The position numbers and the translations under genes are program-made. Positions 8,476 through 17,129 of a stretch of 64,000 bases of DNA are shown in pieces (the first letter of the stretch is position 1; each line of letters begins with the position of its first letter). The notes under the pieces were generated by a model, which was given only the letters and a program-made list of their open reading frames with translations, searched no databases and was not told the DNA's origin. Source of the stretch: a virus; the UHGV virus genome UHGV-1882326; one strand, 5' to 3'.

Positions 8476-9858
8476 CTATTTTAAAATATTTTCAAATAAT
8501 TTTTGTACATTCTTCAGTGAATGAGCATAAAACTCCATTAATTCAAATAAAGTAAGCACCCCAAATTCATAACCTGCATAAAGAACTACATAAGGTTGTA
8601 CTTGTGGCATATAGTTTTTTAATATAACAGGCAATGATTTTCCTAAATATTTTTCACCTTCTGGCAATAAGATATAAAGTTGATAAAACAGATAGCCAAA
8701 TAATACACATACAATATGAAATAAAATCATATTGAGTTTTGTACTCTTAAAATCTTCTATTTTCCAAAAATCTTTTAATTGCCTATAATCTTCTTCTATT
8801 TCTGGTCGCAATTCATAAATACGGACAATTTCCTTCGCTGATTTAGTAATGTCTGTAGTTATAAAAACAAAATAATTATCAAATTGTTTATCCCAAACAA
8901 CGCAGGTATTTATAGGAACATCATTTTCGGAAGTATCACTGTCCCAGTACATTCCCATACCTTCAACTAAAGATACAACTTGATTTTTTCTTTTAAAATT
9001 AGGGTGCGGTTTCCAGATGTTTTGTTCTTTTGCGCTTAAAATAGCTTGTTGATAAGCTACCATATTCTTCCTTAAAGGGATATATGTGTCTACGTTTCTT
9101 TCTACTTTAAGAAAATTCATCAATTCTCTTGACATAAAGCCTCTGTCATTAATTAAAATATCCCCAGGTTTCAATACAGGAGAAGTTCTAACCATTTCTT
9201 CACTTAGGTTTAGATCGTGGCTTTGGATGCTTCCAAAACGTATATCTTCAATTAAACCAACATCTTTAACAATTCCTCTAAGGGTAGCAAGTTTATAACC
9301 TCTTGTAAGTTTATTGTCACGCTTACTATGGCTTATTCCCGACATTTCATAATTGGAATTTTTAAAATTTACTTCTAAATCAGTACAGTCTAATATGTGT
9401 ATATTAGGTTCTATATTTAATAGAGGGAGAATACCTTTTTGAATTGTGTAAATATAACCATTTATAAATAATTCAGCGTCATATTTTCCTAATAAAAATC
9501 TTAAACTTCCTTCTTGCATTAACCCATTCTTTAAATTACCAGAGTCATCTATAAGAGTATATCCTAACTCAGCTAAAGTTTTATGGTCGTTAAGAGCGTA
9601 AGGAATGTCAGTAAGACTTGTCTGAACACGCATTTTAGCCGCAATAGCACTAGCCCAAATTAACTTATAAGGGATTGTTGTGTTATCTGCTCTGAAATCT
9701 GGTATATATTTTTCTAAGCAGTTAAAAATATTACATGAATTTATTTTCAATATAATATCGTCAATTAAATTTGTAGTGCTAAGGGCAACAGCGTCCAGTT
9801 GACCACTGCGTATTTTATCAAGGATATTTTCTTGATTATACTTGCACAATCTAATCAT
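8476..9858 (-). CDS. IS4-family DDE transposase-like protein
   Basis: 460 aa with a C-terminal YELRPEIEEDYRQLKDFWKIEDFKS motif of the YxxRWxIEExF-type DDE_Tnp_1 signature. No terminal inverted repeats were found. Confidence 0.55.
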   Translation of the reverse strand: MIRLCKYNQENILDKIRSGQLDAVALSTTNLIDDIILKINSCNIFNCLEKYIPDFRADNTTIPYKLIWASAIAAKMRVQTSLTDIPYALNDHKTLAELGYTLIDDSGNLKNGLMQEGSLRFLLGKYDAELFINGYIYTIQKGILPLLNIEPNIHILDCTDLEVNFKNSNYEMSGISHSKRDNKLTRGYKLATLRGIVKDVGLIEDIRFGSIQSHDLNLSEEMVRTSPVLKPGDILINDRGFMSRELMNFLKVERNVDTYIPLRKNMVAYQQAILSAKEQNIWKPHPNFKRKNQVVSLVEGMGMYWDSDTSENDVPINTCVVWDKQFDNYFVFITTDITKSAKEIVRIYELRPEIEEDYRQLKDFWKIEDFKSTKLNMILFHIVCVLFGYLFYQLYILLPEGEKYLGKSLPVILKNYMPQVQPYVVLYAGYEFGVLTLFELMEFYAHSLKNVQKLFENILK

Positions 9859-9987
9859 ATTCTCACCTCCTTCCTTACTTTTATTATACTATAAGTATAT
9901 CAAAAAGTCTACTATTAGAGCAACTTTCGATATTCCAACAGTGTAACAAATTCATTGTATAGTTGTACAATAAGGAGAGATAATCAT

Positions 9988-10431
9988 ATGGTTCTAATAG
10001 GGGCGAAAATCAAGGAATTACGCAATTCATGTAAATTTACACAAAAAGAATTGGCTGATTTAGTTGGTGTAACAAAATCTACTATTGCGGCATATGAGAA
10101 CGATAGTCGAACACCGTCTTTTGAAGTGTTAATAAAACTAGCCACTGTTTTTCATGTTACAACAGATACTATATTATTAAATCGTTCTGGTTCGATTTTA
10201 GAAGTTGACGGATTAACACCGGAACAAATACACATTATAAAAATTATTATTGATAGTTTTTGCAAAAGTAATCTTGTCACAAAGGCATTTGAGGATAATT
10301 CATTGGATATTCTTGAAACAATGTTGAATTTTAAAAGAATTGCTGACGATCAGGAACCTTTAATAGAAAAAAATATGTTGGAATTATCGTCTGACCTAAG
10401 TAAAATAATAAAAAAGAAGAAAAAGAAATAA
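9988..10431 (+). CDS. XRE-family helix-turn-helix transcriptional regulator
   Basis: The sequence IKELRNSCKFTQKELADLVGVTKSTIAAYENDSRTPS is an HTH_XRE motif. The start is taken at the ATG after AAGGAGAG, whereas the track starts at 9955. Confidence 0.75.
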   Translation: MVLIGAKIKELRNSCKFTQKELADLVGVTKSTIAAYENDSRTPSFEVLIKLATVFHVTTDTILLNRSGSILEVDGLTPEQIHIIKIIIDSFCKSNLVTKAFEDNSLDILETMLNFKRIADDQEPLIEKNMLELSSDLSKIIKKKKKK

Positions 10432-10470
10432 CTCCCCATTTTGAATATTAGGGAGTTATTTTACTTTACG
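10430..10470. terminator. Bidirectional intrinsic terminator
   Basis: AACTCCCcattttgaatattaGGGAGTT followed by a T-rich stretch, between convergent genes. Confidence 0.55.
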
Positions 10471-10486
10471 AATTGAAGTTATGTTT

Positions 10487-12145
10487 TTACTGATTCTTTA
10501 TCCACACAAGTCTTACTTTACAGTTGCAAGTTTTATCATCGCCTTGGGATTTAAGATAAATTAAAGCGTTATAAGTGCCATCTGGTGTTATATCTAAAGA
10601 GCAATGACCTACAAATGGGTTAGTATCGTCAATAACCAAAGTAGCAGATATTGGAGTATAGCCACTTTGCATTGCTAAATCATAACTATACCATTGTTCC
10701 TCACCACTTGCGATTGTCAATTCATAAGCAACATCTGTATATTTAATAATAGAATTTACAGTATTTGCGACTTGATTTTCGTCAAAAGTCATTTTCCAAG
10801 CGTTCAGACTTTCAACGTCATGCTGACACCTTTCAAATGAATCTGCTAATGTTTTAAACTGATTATAATTTACTGCGTCATTTTTCTGTTGTCCTGCTCT
10901 AATACCTCTTAAAATCACGTCTTGATTTGTGTCACCAGTATGAACACCAGTAATAACTTTTACATATTCTGGAACTTTTGTATCAGTATTGATAGAAGCC
11001 TGTGAAGTTTCTCTAATAAAATATGTGTTATTTGCACTATCATTAATCCCACCATAAATCTCTACAGCAGAAGTATTGATTAATTTATACTGTTTCATAT
11101 CCAAGTCTTTATTTGGAACAAAATCACTTGGCAAATGAGTTTCAAAATACTTTTTATTAACGGCATCAGTATCTTGAATAGGGGTATCTACACCTCTAAC
11201 AATAACTGGATTGCCGTTTTTGTCAGTTAAATCTAATATACCACTTGCTTCGTCACCATTTACAGTAAGATTAATACACATATTGGCGTTATCAGCTTTC
11301 TGAATGGTAACTTGATTTTCCGTAACAGAATTTACAATATCATCAACATATTTCTTATTAACAGCCATATTATCACCAGTAGGTTCAGCAACACCATCTA
11401 TTTGAACTGGTGCAAGTGTTCCATCTTGAACGCCTTTAGGATAAGTACCAACCAGTAAATGATATTCCTCACCAGTCATGGCAGAAGTTATAAAAGGAAC
11501 TAATCTACCGTCTGTTAATGATACTGGGTCAGCAAAATAAAATCTATCCCCACTGTCCATTACCATAGAATTTTTAAATACATAAGCCAAGTCATTTTGA
11601 CCTAAAACAAACTCCTCTTGCCCGCTATCCAAAACTGGATTATGCTCAATTCCATATTCTTTTATGTTATCAGCATATTTCTTATTTACGGTATCATTAT
11701 CATTTGTTGGCGTATCAATTCCCCTAAGTTTAATATCTTTCTTTGTCTTAGGATTAGATAATTCAACAGTAGTTCCGTTATCAATTTCACTTGTAATTTC
11801 GTGAGGAATGATACCAACATATCCAGTTTCACCTAATGTCAATTCACTTGCATTTTCAACTTGATAACCAGACATATTTATAGCACCTTGCATAGTACCA
11901 CCAGATAACGGCAAGTAATCACCAGTAGCAGTCGTTCCACCACCCGTTGTAACAGAAGTAACAGAACTTATCTTTTTCCATACGCCATTTTCTTTATCCC
12001 AACGGTACTCTTGCATATTATTATCAACTTCATAAAAAGCACTACCGTTAGGAACATCTTCTGTTGGTTTTACATCTGTGGTATTGCCGTAAAATTCTGT
12101 AAAAATTGTGCCGTTAGCACCACCAACTTTGTTTACTGTTCTCAT
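10487..12145 (-). CDS. Tail fiber protein with Phage_fiber_2-type repeats
   Basis: The D-x-D-x-VNKKY(V/A)D motif recurs three times (DNDTVNKKYADN, GDNMAVNKKYVDD, DTDAVNKKYFET). Confidence 0.65.
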   Translation of the reverse strand: MRTVNKVGGANGTIFTEFYGNTTDVKPTEDVPNGSAFYEVDNNMQEYRWDKENGVWKKISSVTSVTTGGGTTATGDYLPLSGGTMQGAINMSGYQVENASELTLGETGYVGIIPHEITSEIDNGTTVELSNPKTKKDIKLRGIDTPTNDNDTVNKKYADNIKEYGIEHNPVLDSGQEEFVLGQNDLAYVFKNSMVMDSGDRFYFADPVSLTDGRLVPFITSAMTGEEYHLLVGTYPKGVQDGTLAPVQIDGVAEPTGDNMAVNKKYVDDIVNSVTENQVTIQKADNANMCINLTVNGDEASGILDLTDKNGNPVIVRGVDTPIQDTDAVNKKYFETHLPSDFVPNKDLDMKQYKLINTSAVEIYGGINDSANNTYFIRETSQASINTDTKVPEYVKVITGVHTGDTNQDVILRGIRAGQQKNDAVNYNQFKTLADSFERCQHDVESLNAWKMTFDENQVANTVNSIIKYTDVAYELTIASGEEQWYSYDLAMQSGYTPISATLVIDDTNPFVGHCSLDITPDGTYNALIYLKSQGDDKTCNCKVRLVWIKNQ

Positions 12146-12174
12146 TTACGAACCCCTTTCTAATTTATGATAAC

Positions 12175-12215
12175 AAAAAGAGAGGAACTATTATTAATTC
12201 CTCTCCATTGTAATA
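12175..12215 (-). terminator. Intrinsic terminator after the small moron gene
   Basis: The minus strand reads GAGAGGAAttaataatagTTCCTCTCtttttgtt. Confidence 0.5.
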
Positions 12216-12229
12216 TATTTATTTAATTA

Positions 12230-12409
12230 TCAATCCTTAACAAGTCTTTGGGTCTGAGGTCTTACACGTTCATCTGTTTTACCAGTTGCAGGGCCAGTTG
12301 TTACATAGGTTGTATCCTGTGCGCCCTTTGGTCTTTTAGTCTGTGCTAAATCATTTGCCATCTGTTCCTTGGTTCTATGGTCTGCATGCTTTCCAGTTGC
12401 TACTGCCAT
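12230..12409 (-). CDS. Small hydrophilic protein (60 aa), hypothetical moron
   Basis: An AAAGGAGG ribosome-binding site precedes MAVATGKHADHR (the track starts earlier, at 12448). It has its own promoter and terminator and a higher GC than its surroundings. Confidence 0.4.
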   Translation of the reverse strand: MAVATGKHADHRTKEQMANDLAQTKRPKGAQDTTYVTTGPATGKTDERVRPQTQRLVKD

Positions 12410-12544
12410 AATAATTACCTCCTTTAAGGTTAATATACAGAAATACATAATTTTTAAAATAGTTTTAGAACAATTTTTATAGCACTTTATTTTTCATTTA
12501 AAACAGTAAGTCTGTAAACTTTCTATATGAATTGTTCTTTATTT

Positions 12545-12574
12545 ATAATACTACTTGTCACCTTATTTGTCAAG
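12545..12574 (-). promoter_or_regulatory. Promoter (TTGACA-17-TATTAT)
   Basis: The minus strand reads gcTTGACAaataaggtgacaagtagTATTAT. Confidence 0.5.
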
Positions 12575-12589
12575 CGAATTTTAATCACT

Positions 12590-13150
12590 TTATGATAATT
12601 TTATCCATTTACTTGTAGTTGGAATTTCATCTTCAACACTTGTCAACATAATTCCATTATCATCATTCTCAAATGAATTAGTAACAGCCGTTTCCTCACC
12701 AATTTCCTCTTTATCCTTAGAATTGGACACATGAGTTACTACAGCCTTGTATAACTCACCGTACTCGTTAGTAACCCTATCTCCCTCTTTATATTCAACG
12801 CCCTCAGTCCATACTGGATAGAGTTCTGGAACTTCTACGGCTTGTTCGTCTGTGAAATTCTGTGCTGATAATTTAGCTGTTTTATAAAGGGTCTTATTAA
12901 TTTGTTGTAAAGTCGCAACTTGCTGTTCTTGTGTTGGAACGTAAGCAATTTCATTATCTTCTAAGTCATAAAACTTGCCGTTTTTATATTTGCAACCTAT
13001 AAAACAAGGGTATTGTAAACAGTCTACTGCGATAGCTTCATTGCCGTAAGTACCTCTTGCAATCTGATTAGCAAGTTCATAATTGTCGCATACAATAATA
13101 TTCTGTACAGTTTCCTCATGTACAATAGCAAAAACTTGATGTACAATCAT
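12590..13150 (-). CDS. Hypothetical tail-associated protein (possible fiber C-terminal piece or assembly factor)
   Basis: 186 aa with its own ribosome-binding site. It follows the 81-aa N-terminal-module ORF. Confidence 0.4.
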   Translation of the reverse strand: MIVHQVFAIVHEETVQNIIVCDNYELANQIARGTYGNEAIAVDCLQYPCFIGCKYKNGKFYDLEDNEIAYVPTQEQQVATLQQINKTLYKTAKLSAQNFTDEQAVEVPELYPVWTEGVEYKEGDRVTNEYGELYKAVVTHVSNSKDKEEIGEETAVTNSFENDDNGIMLTSVEDEIPTTSKWIKLS

Positions 13151-13175
13151 ATCATTTCTATCCTTTCATTCTATA

Positions 13176-13421
13176 TTAATAAGCGAAAATACTATTCACT
13201 GTTAAAGTGCCAGTTTGTTGGGCTTGTGGATTAGTGGTATAAAAAGTTGTACCAGTTAATACTTGATTTACATTGGCGTTACCAGTTAATTCAAGAGTTC
13301 CAATTTGTTCATCATCAGAACCTAAACCAAGAAAGATATAACCTTTCATAACTTCTGATTTGGTTGCAGTCAATTCAGAAGTATCAACGCCACCAGATAT
13401 AAAATTATTAATTATAGCCAT
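13176..13421 (-). CDS. Short paralog of the N-terminal module of the Gly-rich tail protein
   Basis: Its 81 aa align with the first ~80 aa of 13437..14774 (FxxGGxxxxxxxAxxxxVLKGYxFxGxDSDDxQxGTLELTGNA...TFY). Confidence 0.45.
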   Translation of the reverse strand: MAIINNFISGGVDTSELTATKSEVMKGYIFLGLGSDDEQIGTLELTGNANVNQVLTGTTFYTTNPQAQQTGTLTVNSIFAY

Positions 13422-13436
13422 ATGATACTCCTTTCT

Positions 13437-14774
13437 TTATTTGAAACGGATAAGGATAATTCCAGAACCACCAGTACCACCGTCCCTACCACTATAAGCA
13501 TAGCCACCACCGCCACCACCTGCTCCACCACCAGTATTAGCAGAACCATTGCCGCCCGCACTAGCGAAAATGTAATCTGGTTCACTAGAAGAACCTCCAC
13601 TTCTATAGGTGCCATTACCACCATGACCGCCACCTATAGAACCACCAGAGCCGCCCCAGTTACCCGGTGTTAAAGCACCTAATCCTTGTCCACCAGAACC
13701 ACCACCGCCAGAATAAACAGTACCAGAACTTTCACCAAATGGGCGAGTTGTTGTTCCTTGACCTAATCCTTGACTATTTGTGACACCAGGACTATTACCA
13801 CCATTGCCACCATTACTACCGCCATTATTTCCATAAGTATATCCATACGTTGAACCACCTACTCCACCGCCACTACCGCCACAACTAGCACGATAATATG
13901 GTGAAGTAGTTTCACCGTCACCGCCATATCCACCAGAAGCAGTACATAATGTAGTTCCGCTTCTTGTTACAGAAGTAGTGCCACCAGTACCCCCATTAGC
14001 GCCGCCACCGCCACCAATAGAGCATACTAAAGTTTGTCCAGAAGATACACTAACATTAGAAGCAGTTTTAGTGTAGCCACCACCGCCACCACCGCCACCA
14101 TAAGTTGAATTTCTATCTCGACTTTCTCCATGCCCACCACCGCCACCACCACCAACACAAAATATATCAACTTGACTATATCCACTTGGTACAGTTACAT
14201 TTGTACTACTTGTAATCGTCTGTGTATATGTACTACCACTTACAATATTACCTTGTATTGGTGTTCCTATCAATTCCCCATTACTTGTCACACAATAACT
14301 ATACACACTTATGTAATACCTAGTTCCAAGATTAGGAAACCCCAAAGTAACACTACTTCTACCACCACTTGTAGTATTATTTCCAGTACCTTTATAAATC
14401 TGAGTACCACCAGTCCCAGGATTTCCACTTGTGCTATATTTAACATATACACCACTATAAGGTCTACCAGTAGTTTGTATAGGGTTAGACCAAGTAACAG
14501 TAATATTTCTACCACTAGAAACAGCTAAGTTTAAATTACTTACATTACCAACTTCCATTATGCCAGTAACCTTAATTTTAGCGTCTGTATTATAAAACGT
14601 AGCACCTTTGATAACATGACTTTCTATAGCGTTTCCAGTCAGTTCCAATGTGCCAGTTTGTATATCGTCACTATCTTTTCCTACGAATGTATATCCTTTT
14701 AATACATTATTTGGTTCAGCAGTTGCAATATCAGAACTACCACCACCAGTAGGAAATCTATTCATAATTGACAT
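13437..14774 (-). CDS. Glycine-rich tail fiber-like protein (conserved N-terminal module + FN3-like domain + poly-Gly C-terminus)
   Basis: 445 aa with long GGGGGGG/GGxGG tracts. Its GC is locally elevated. Confidence 0.55.
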   Translation of the reverse strand: MSIMNRFPTGGGSSDIATAEPNNVLKGYTFVGKDSDDIQTGTLELTGNAIESHVIKGATFYNTDAKIKVTGIMEVGNVSNLNLAVSSGRNITVTWSNPIQTTGRPYSGVYVKYSTSGNPGTGGTQIYKGTGNNTTSGGRSSVTLGFPNLGTRYYISVYSYCVTSNGELIGTPIQGNIVSGSTYTQTITSSTNVTVPSGYSQVDIFCVGGGGGGGHGESRDRNSTYGGGGGGGGYTKTASNVSVSSGQTLVCSIGGGGGANGGTGGTTSVTRSGTTLCTASGGYGGDGETTSPYYRASCGGSGGGVGGSTYGYTYGNNGGSNGGNGGNSPGVTNSQGLGQGTTTRPFGESSGTVYSGGGGSGGQGLGALTPGNWGGSGGSIGGGHGGNGTYRSGGSSSEPDYIFASAGGNGSANTGGGAGGGGGGYAYSGRDGGTGGSGIILIRFK

Positions 14775-14801
14775 AAAATCACCTCTTTTTGTTAATAAAA
14801 C

Positions 14802-15218
14802 TTATCCAATAATCAGCACTTGGATGGGTAAATCTTCCGTTGGCTTATTCTTATAAGCTGTAAGAGTAATCTGATTTTCTGCTTGTGCTGTACACTGAAT
14901 GATACATTTCATGGATAGTTTAATTTGGTCTAAGGTTGCATTTGAAGCTAAACCAACCTCAATATTATTCTCAGCCGTAACACCATTTACTGTTAAAGTT
15001 AATGTATATGGTGCATTATCACCTTGCCAATCTGCACTAGGAGCATTTACTTGCACACTTACAGATTTAAAAGCACCATTTTCTACATTTTTTATTTTAG
15101 TCTGAGGATATAATTGGTCATATCCAGTATCAGTTTTTACATTCATTTCTATGTTATAACTTGCCATATTTTCACCAACTTTCTTTATTAAACTTCGATA
15201 GATAAAATTTTCCACCAT
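14802..15218 (-). CDS. Hypothetical tail/baseplate protein
   Basis: It lies in the tail module. The alternative start MASYNIEMN at 15167 is probably the real one. Confidence 0.4.
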   Translation of the reverse strand: MVENFIYRSLIKKVGENMASYNIEMNVKTDTGYDQLYPQTKIKNVENGAFKSVSVQVNAPSADWQGDNAPYTLTLTVNGVTAENNIEVGLASNATLDQIKLSMKCIIQCTAQAENQITLTAYKNKPTEDLPIQVLIIG

Positions 15219-15877
15219 TGACCACCAACTTCTAATTGTTCGTCAGTTGGTTCTGTTTCAGATACAATAACTCTTGCTTTTGGAAACTTCATAAATACCT
15301 GCCATGTGCTAGGTGTGGTATCTGGTTGAACATTTGTATTCGCTTTTAAAGCAATATACATTACATTTTCATAAGTAACAACGTCATTAATAGCATAATT
15401 TACTGTTTTATCCCAAACATCTTTTAACTGAACGTCAATACTTGTCGCACCAACCTCACCTTTTAAGCCAATCAACACCCAGTATTCCATATCAGTAGGC
15501 AGATTTCCAGTTGATTGTTTTAAACACATATAAACTTGTTTGTCATAAACAACAAAGTTATACATTTCATATTGTATATCAGCTTGATATTCTTTCTTAT
15601 TTATGTAATTATTAAGCATTGTCTGAAATAATTGTTCATCTTCTGCAAGTTTAACCTCTACTGCATTGTAATATAAATTCTGTAAATATTCAAGAGCCGT
15701 ATGAATCATATTGAAACATATTGGCATAACCGTTTCAGAATCAATGTCATCATTGTTCATAATTAACGCTAATGCTTGACTAAAATAACCCTCTCTAAAA
15801 TATTGAGAAAACTGTTGCATTAAGTTTCTATTACTTAATGATAAGTCTTGCCAACGTCTGACTTCAAAACTTGCCAT
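15188..15877 (-). CDS. Hypothetical tail/baseplate protein
   Basis: 229 aa in the operon. Confidence 0.45.
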   Translation of the reverse strand: MASFEVRRWQDLSLSNRNLMQQFSQYFREGYFSQALALIMNNDDIDSETVMPICFNMIHTALEYLQNLYYNAVEVKLAEDEQLFQTMLNNYINKKEYQADIQYEMYNFVVYDKQVYMCLKQSTGNLPTDMEYWVLIGLKGEVGATSIDVQLKDVWDKTVNYAINDVVTYENVMYIALKANTNVQPDTTPSTWQVFMKFPKARVIVSETEPTDEQLEVGGQWWKILSIEV

Positions 15878-15891
15878 ATTTTTTTCCTTTC

Positions 15892-16623
15892 TTAGTTCAC
15901 AATTCTAAACCATAAATCACCAGTTTCTTGTTGACTTGGCGTTCCCCCTTGTACTGGAATTTCTCTAGGTCTAACAGAACCAATATTAACCCAGTATTGC
16001 GAACCCTCAAAAGGTGCTTGGTTATTATTAGCTTCAATACAAGCCCACACATAGTTACCGTATGTTACTACGTTCTGTGTGGTGTAATGTACTGTACTAT
16101 CCCATTCTCCTAAGAAAGACAATCCCTCACCAGAATCACCTTTTTCACCACGAATAGAAAGCACTCGCCAATAAGTTGTATTTGTGGGATCTGTTCCCAA
16201 AGGTGGATTAGTAACAGCAATATACACATAATTTACACCGTTATAGGTGTATGTTACAAAGTTATTCTTAGAATAGGTTATAGTAGGGTTATATATTCCC
16301 TTATAGCCAAATAAATTGATGATATTCTGCCATTCAATTTGCTTGCCCTCTACATAAGGTTGCACATCAGTTTTATAAAAATTTTCCAACGCTTCACAAG
16401 TATTGATAATCGTATTTAATTTTTGAGCATTGATAATCTTTTGATTACCGTTTGGAATTTGTGCAAATATATTTTGTGCGGTTTCATAATCATTAGACTG
16501 AATAGCTGTCTGATATTGCTGAATTAATTGTGCGTCAGAAGCCGTAATATCCAAAAAAGTTGTAAATGTTTGTACTTGATTAGGAAAAGTCGTACTCGGA
16601 AATTGAGGGTAACGTTCACTCAT
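15892..16623 (-). CDS. Hypothetical tail/baseplate protein
   Basis: 243 aa with an AAAGGAAG ribosome-binding site. Confidence 0.45.
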   Translation of the reverse strand: MSERYPQFPSTTFPNQVQTFTTFLDITASDAQLIQQYQTAIQSNDYETAQNIFAQIPNGNQKIINAQKLNTIINTCEALENFYKTDVQPYVEGKQIEWQNIINLFGYKGIYNPTITYSKNNFVTYTYNGVNYVYIAVTNPPLGTDPTNTTYWRVLSIRGEKGDSGEGLSFLGEWDSTVHYTTQNVVTYGNYVWACIEANNNQAPFEGSQYWVNIGSVRPREIPVQGGTPSQQETGDLWFRIVN

Positions 16624-16686
16624 AAATCACACTTCCTTTCTATGTAATCTAAATATTATTATATATTATTCTTTATTTTATTACAA

Positions 16687-16722
16687 CAAAAAAGAGTGAA
16701 TCTATTAAGAAACACTCTTTCT
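16687..16722 (-). terminator. Intrinsic terminator inside the 500-nt gap of the tail module
   Basis: The minus strand reads AAGAGTGtttcttaatagattCACTCTTttttgtt. Confidence 0.5.
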
Positions 16723-17071
16723 TGCTACCAAAAACGTATTACAGGGGGTTTAATGAAAATAAGAAAAATATGCTTAGTTCTTTTTTCCAAGCATTACGTC
16801 ACCATTCACCTTTTATCTCTCGCACATAAAAGGGTTCAGCTTTTTGTGACTAACTACCTATCTAACCATAGGTTAGTTTGAATTGTCACCATCACAGGCT
16901 TTTTTTCAACTTTAGCTGAATTAATTTCATTATCACTATGGCAAGTAAATGATAATGAAAATCCAGTTAAGAAAAGGAACGTTGTGGATTTTTCGCACAT
17001 GGATACGAACAACAATGTATACAATTTATAAGGAGAACATATATCTTTTATTTCCTTTCCTTAACTTAATT

Positions 17072-17107
17072 ATATCTTACCATACTTTACGCCTTGTGTC
17101 AATAGTT
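17072..17107 (-). promoter_or_regulatory. Promoter candidate (TTGACA-17-TAAGAT) with no obvious ORF downstream
   Basis: The minus strand reads ctaTTGACAcaaggcgtaaagtatggTAAGAT. Only a 49-aa ORF without a ribosome-binding site lies between it and the terminator. Confidence 0.35.
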
Positions 17108-17129
17108 ATTTTGAAATATTTCCACTTAT

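Noticed and set aside
13412-14528. Antisense and overlapping ORFs inside the Gly-rich gene (13412..13633, 13422..13673, 14130..14528, 14309..14515)
   Set aside because: These are low-complexity shadow ORFs produced by GGN/CCN repeats on the opposite strand or in an alternative frame.
16696-16881. 61-aa plus-strand ORF in the tail-module gap
   Set aside because: It has no ribosome-binding site, runs antisense to the operon, and overlaps the terminator hairpin and the compound hairpin. It is more likely non-coding.
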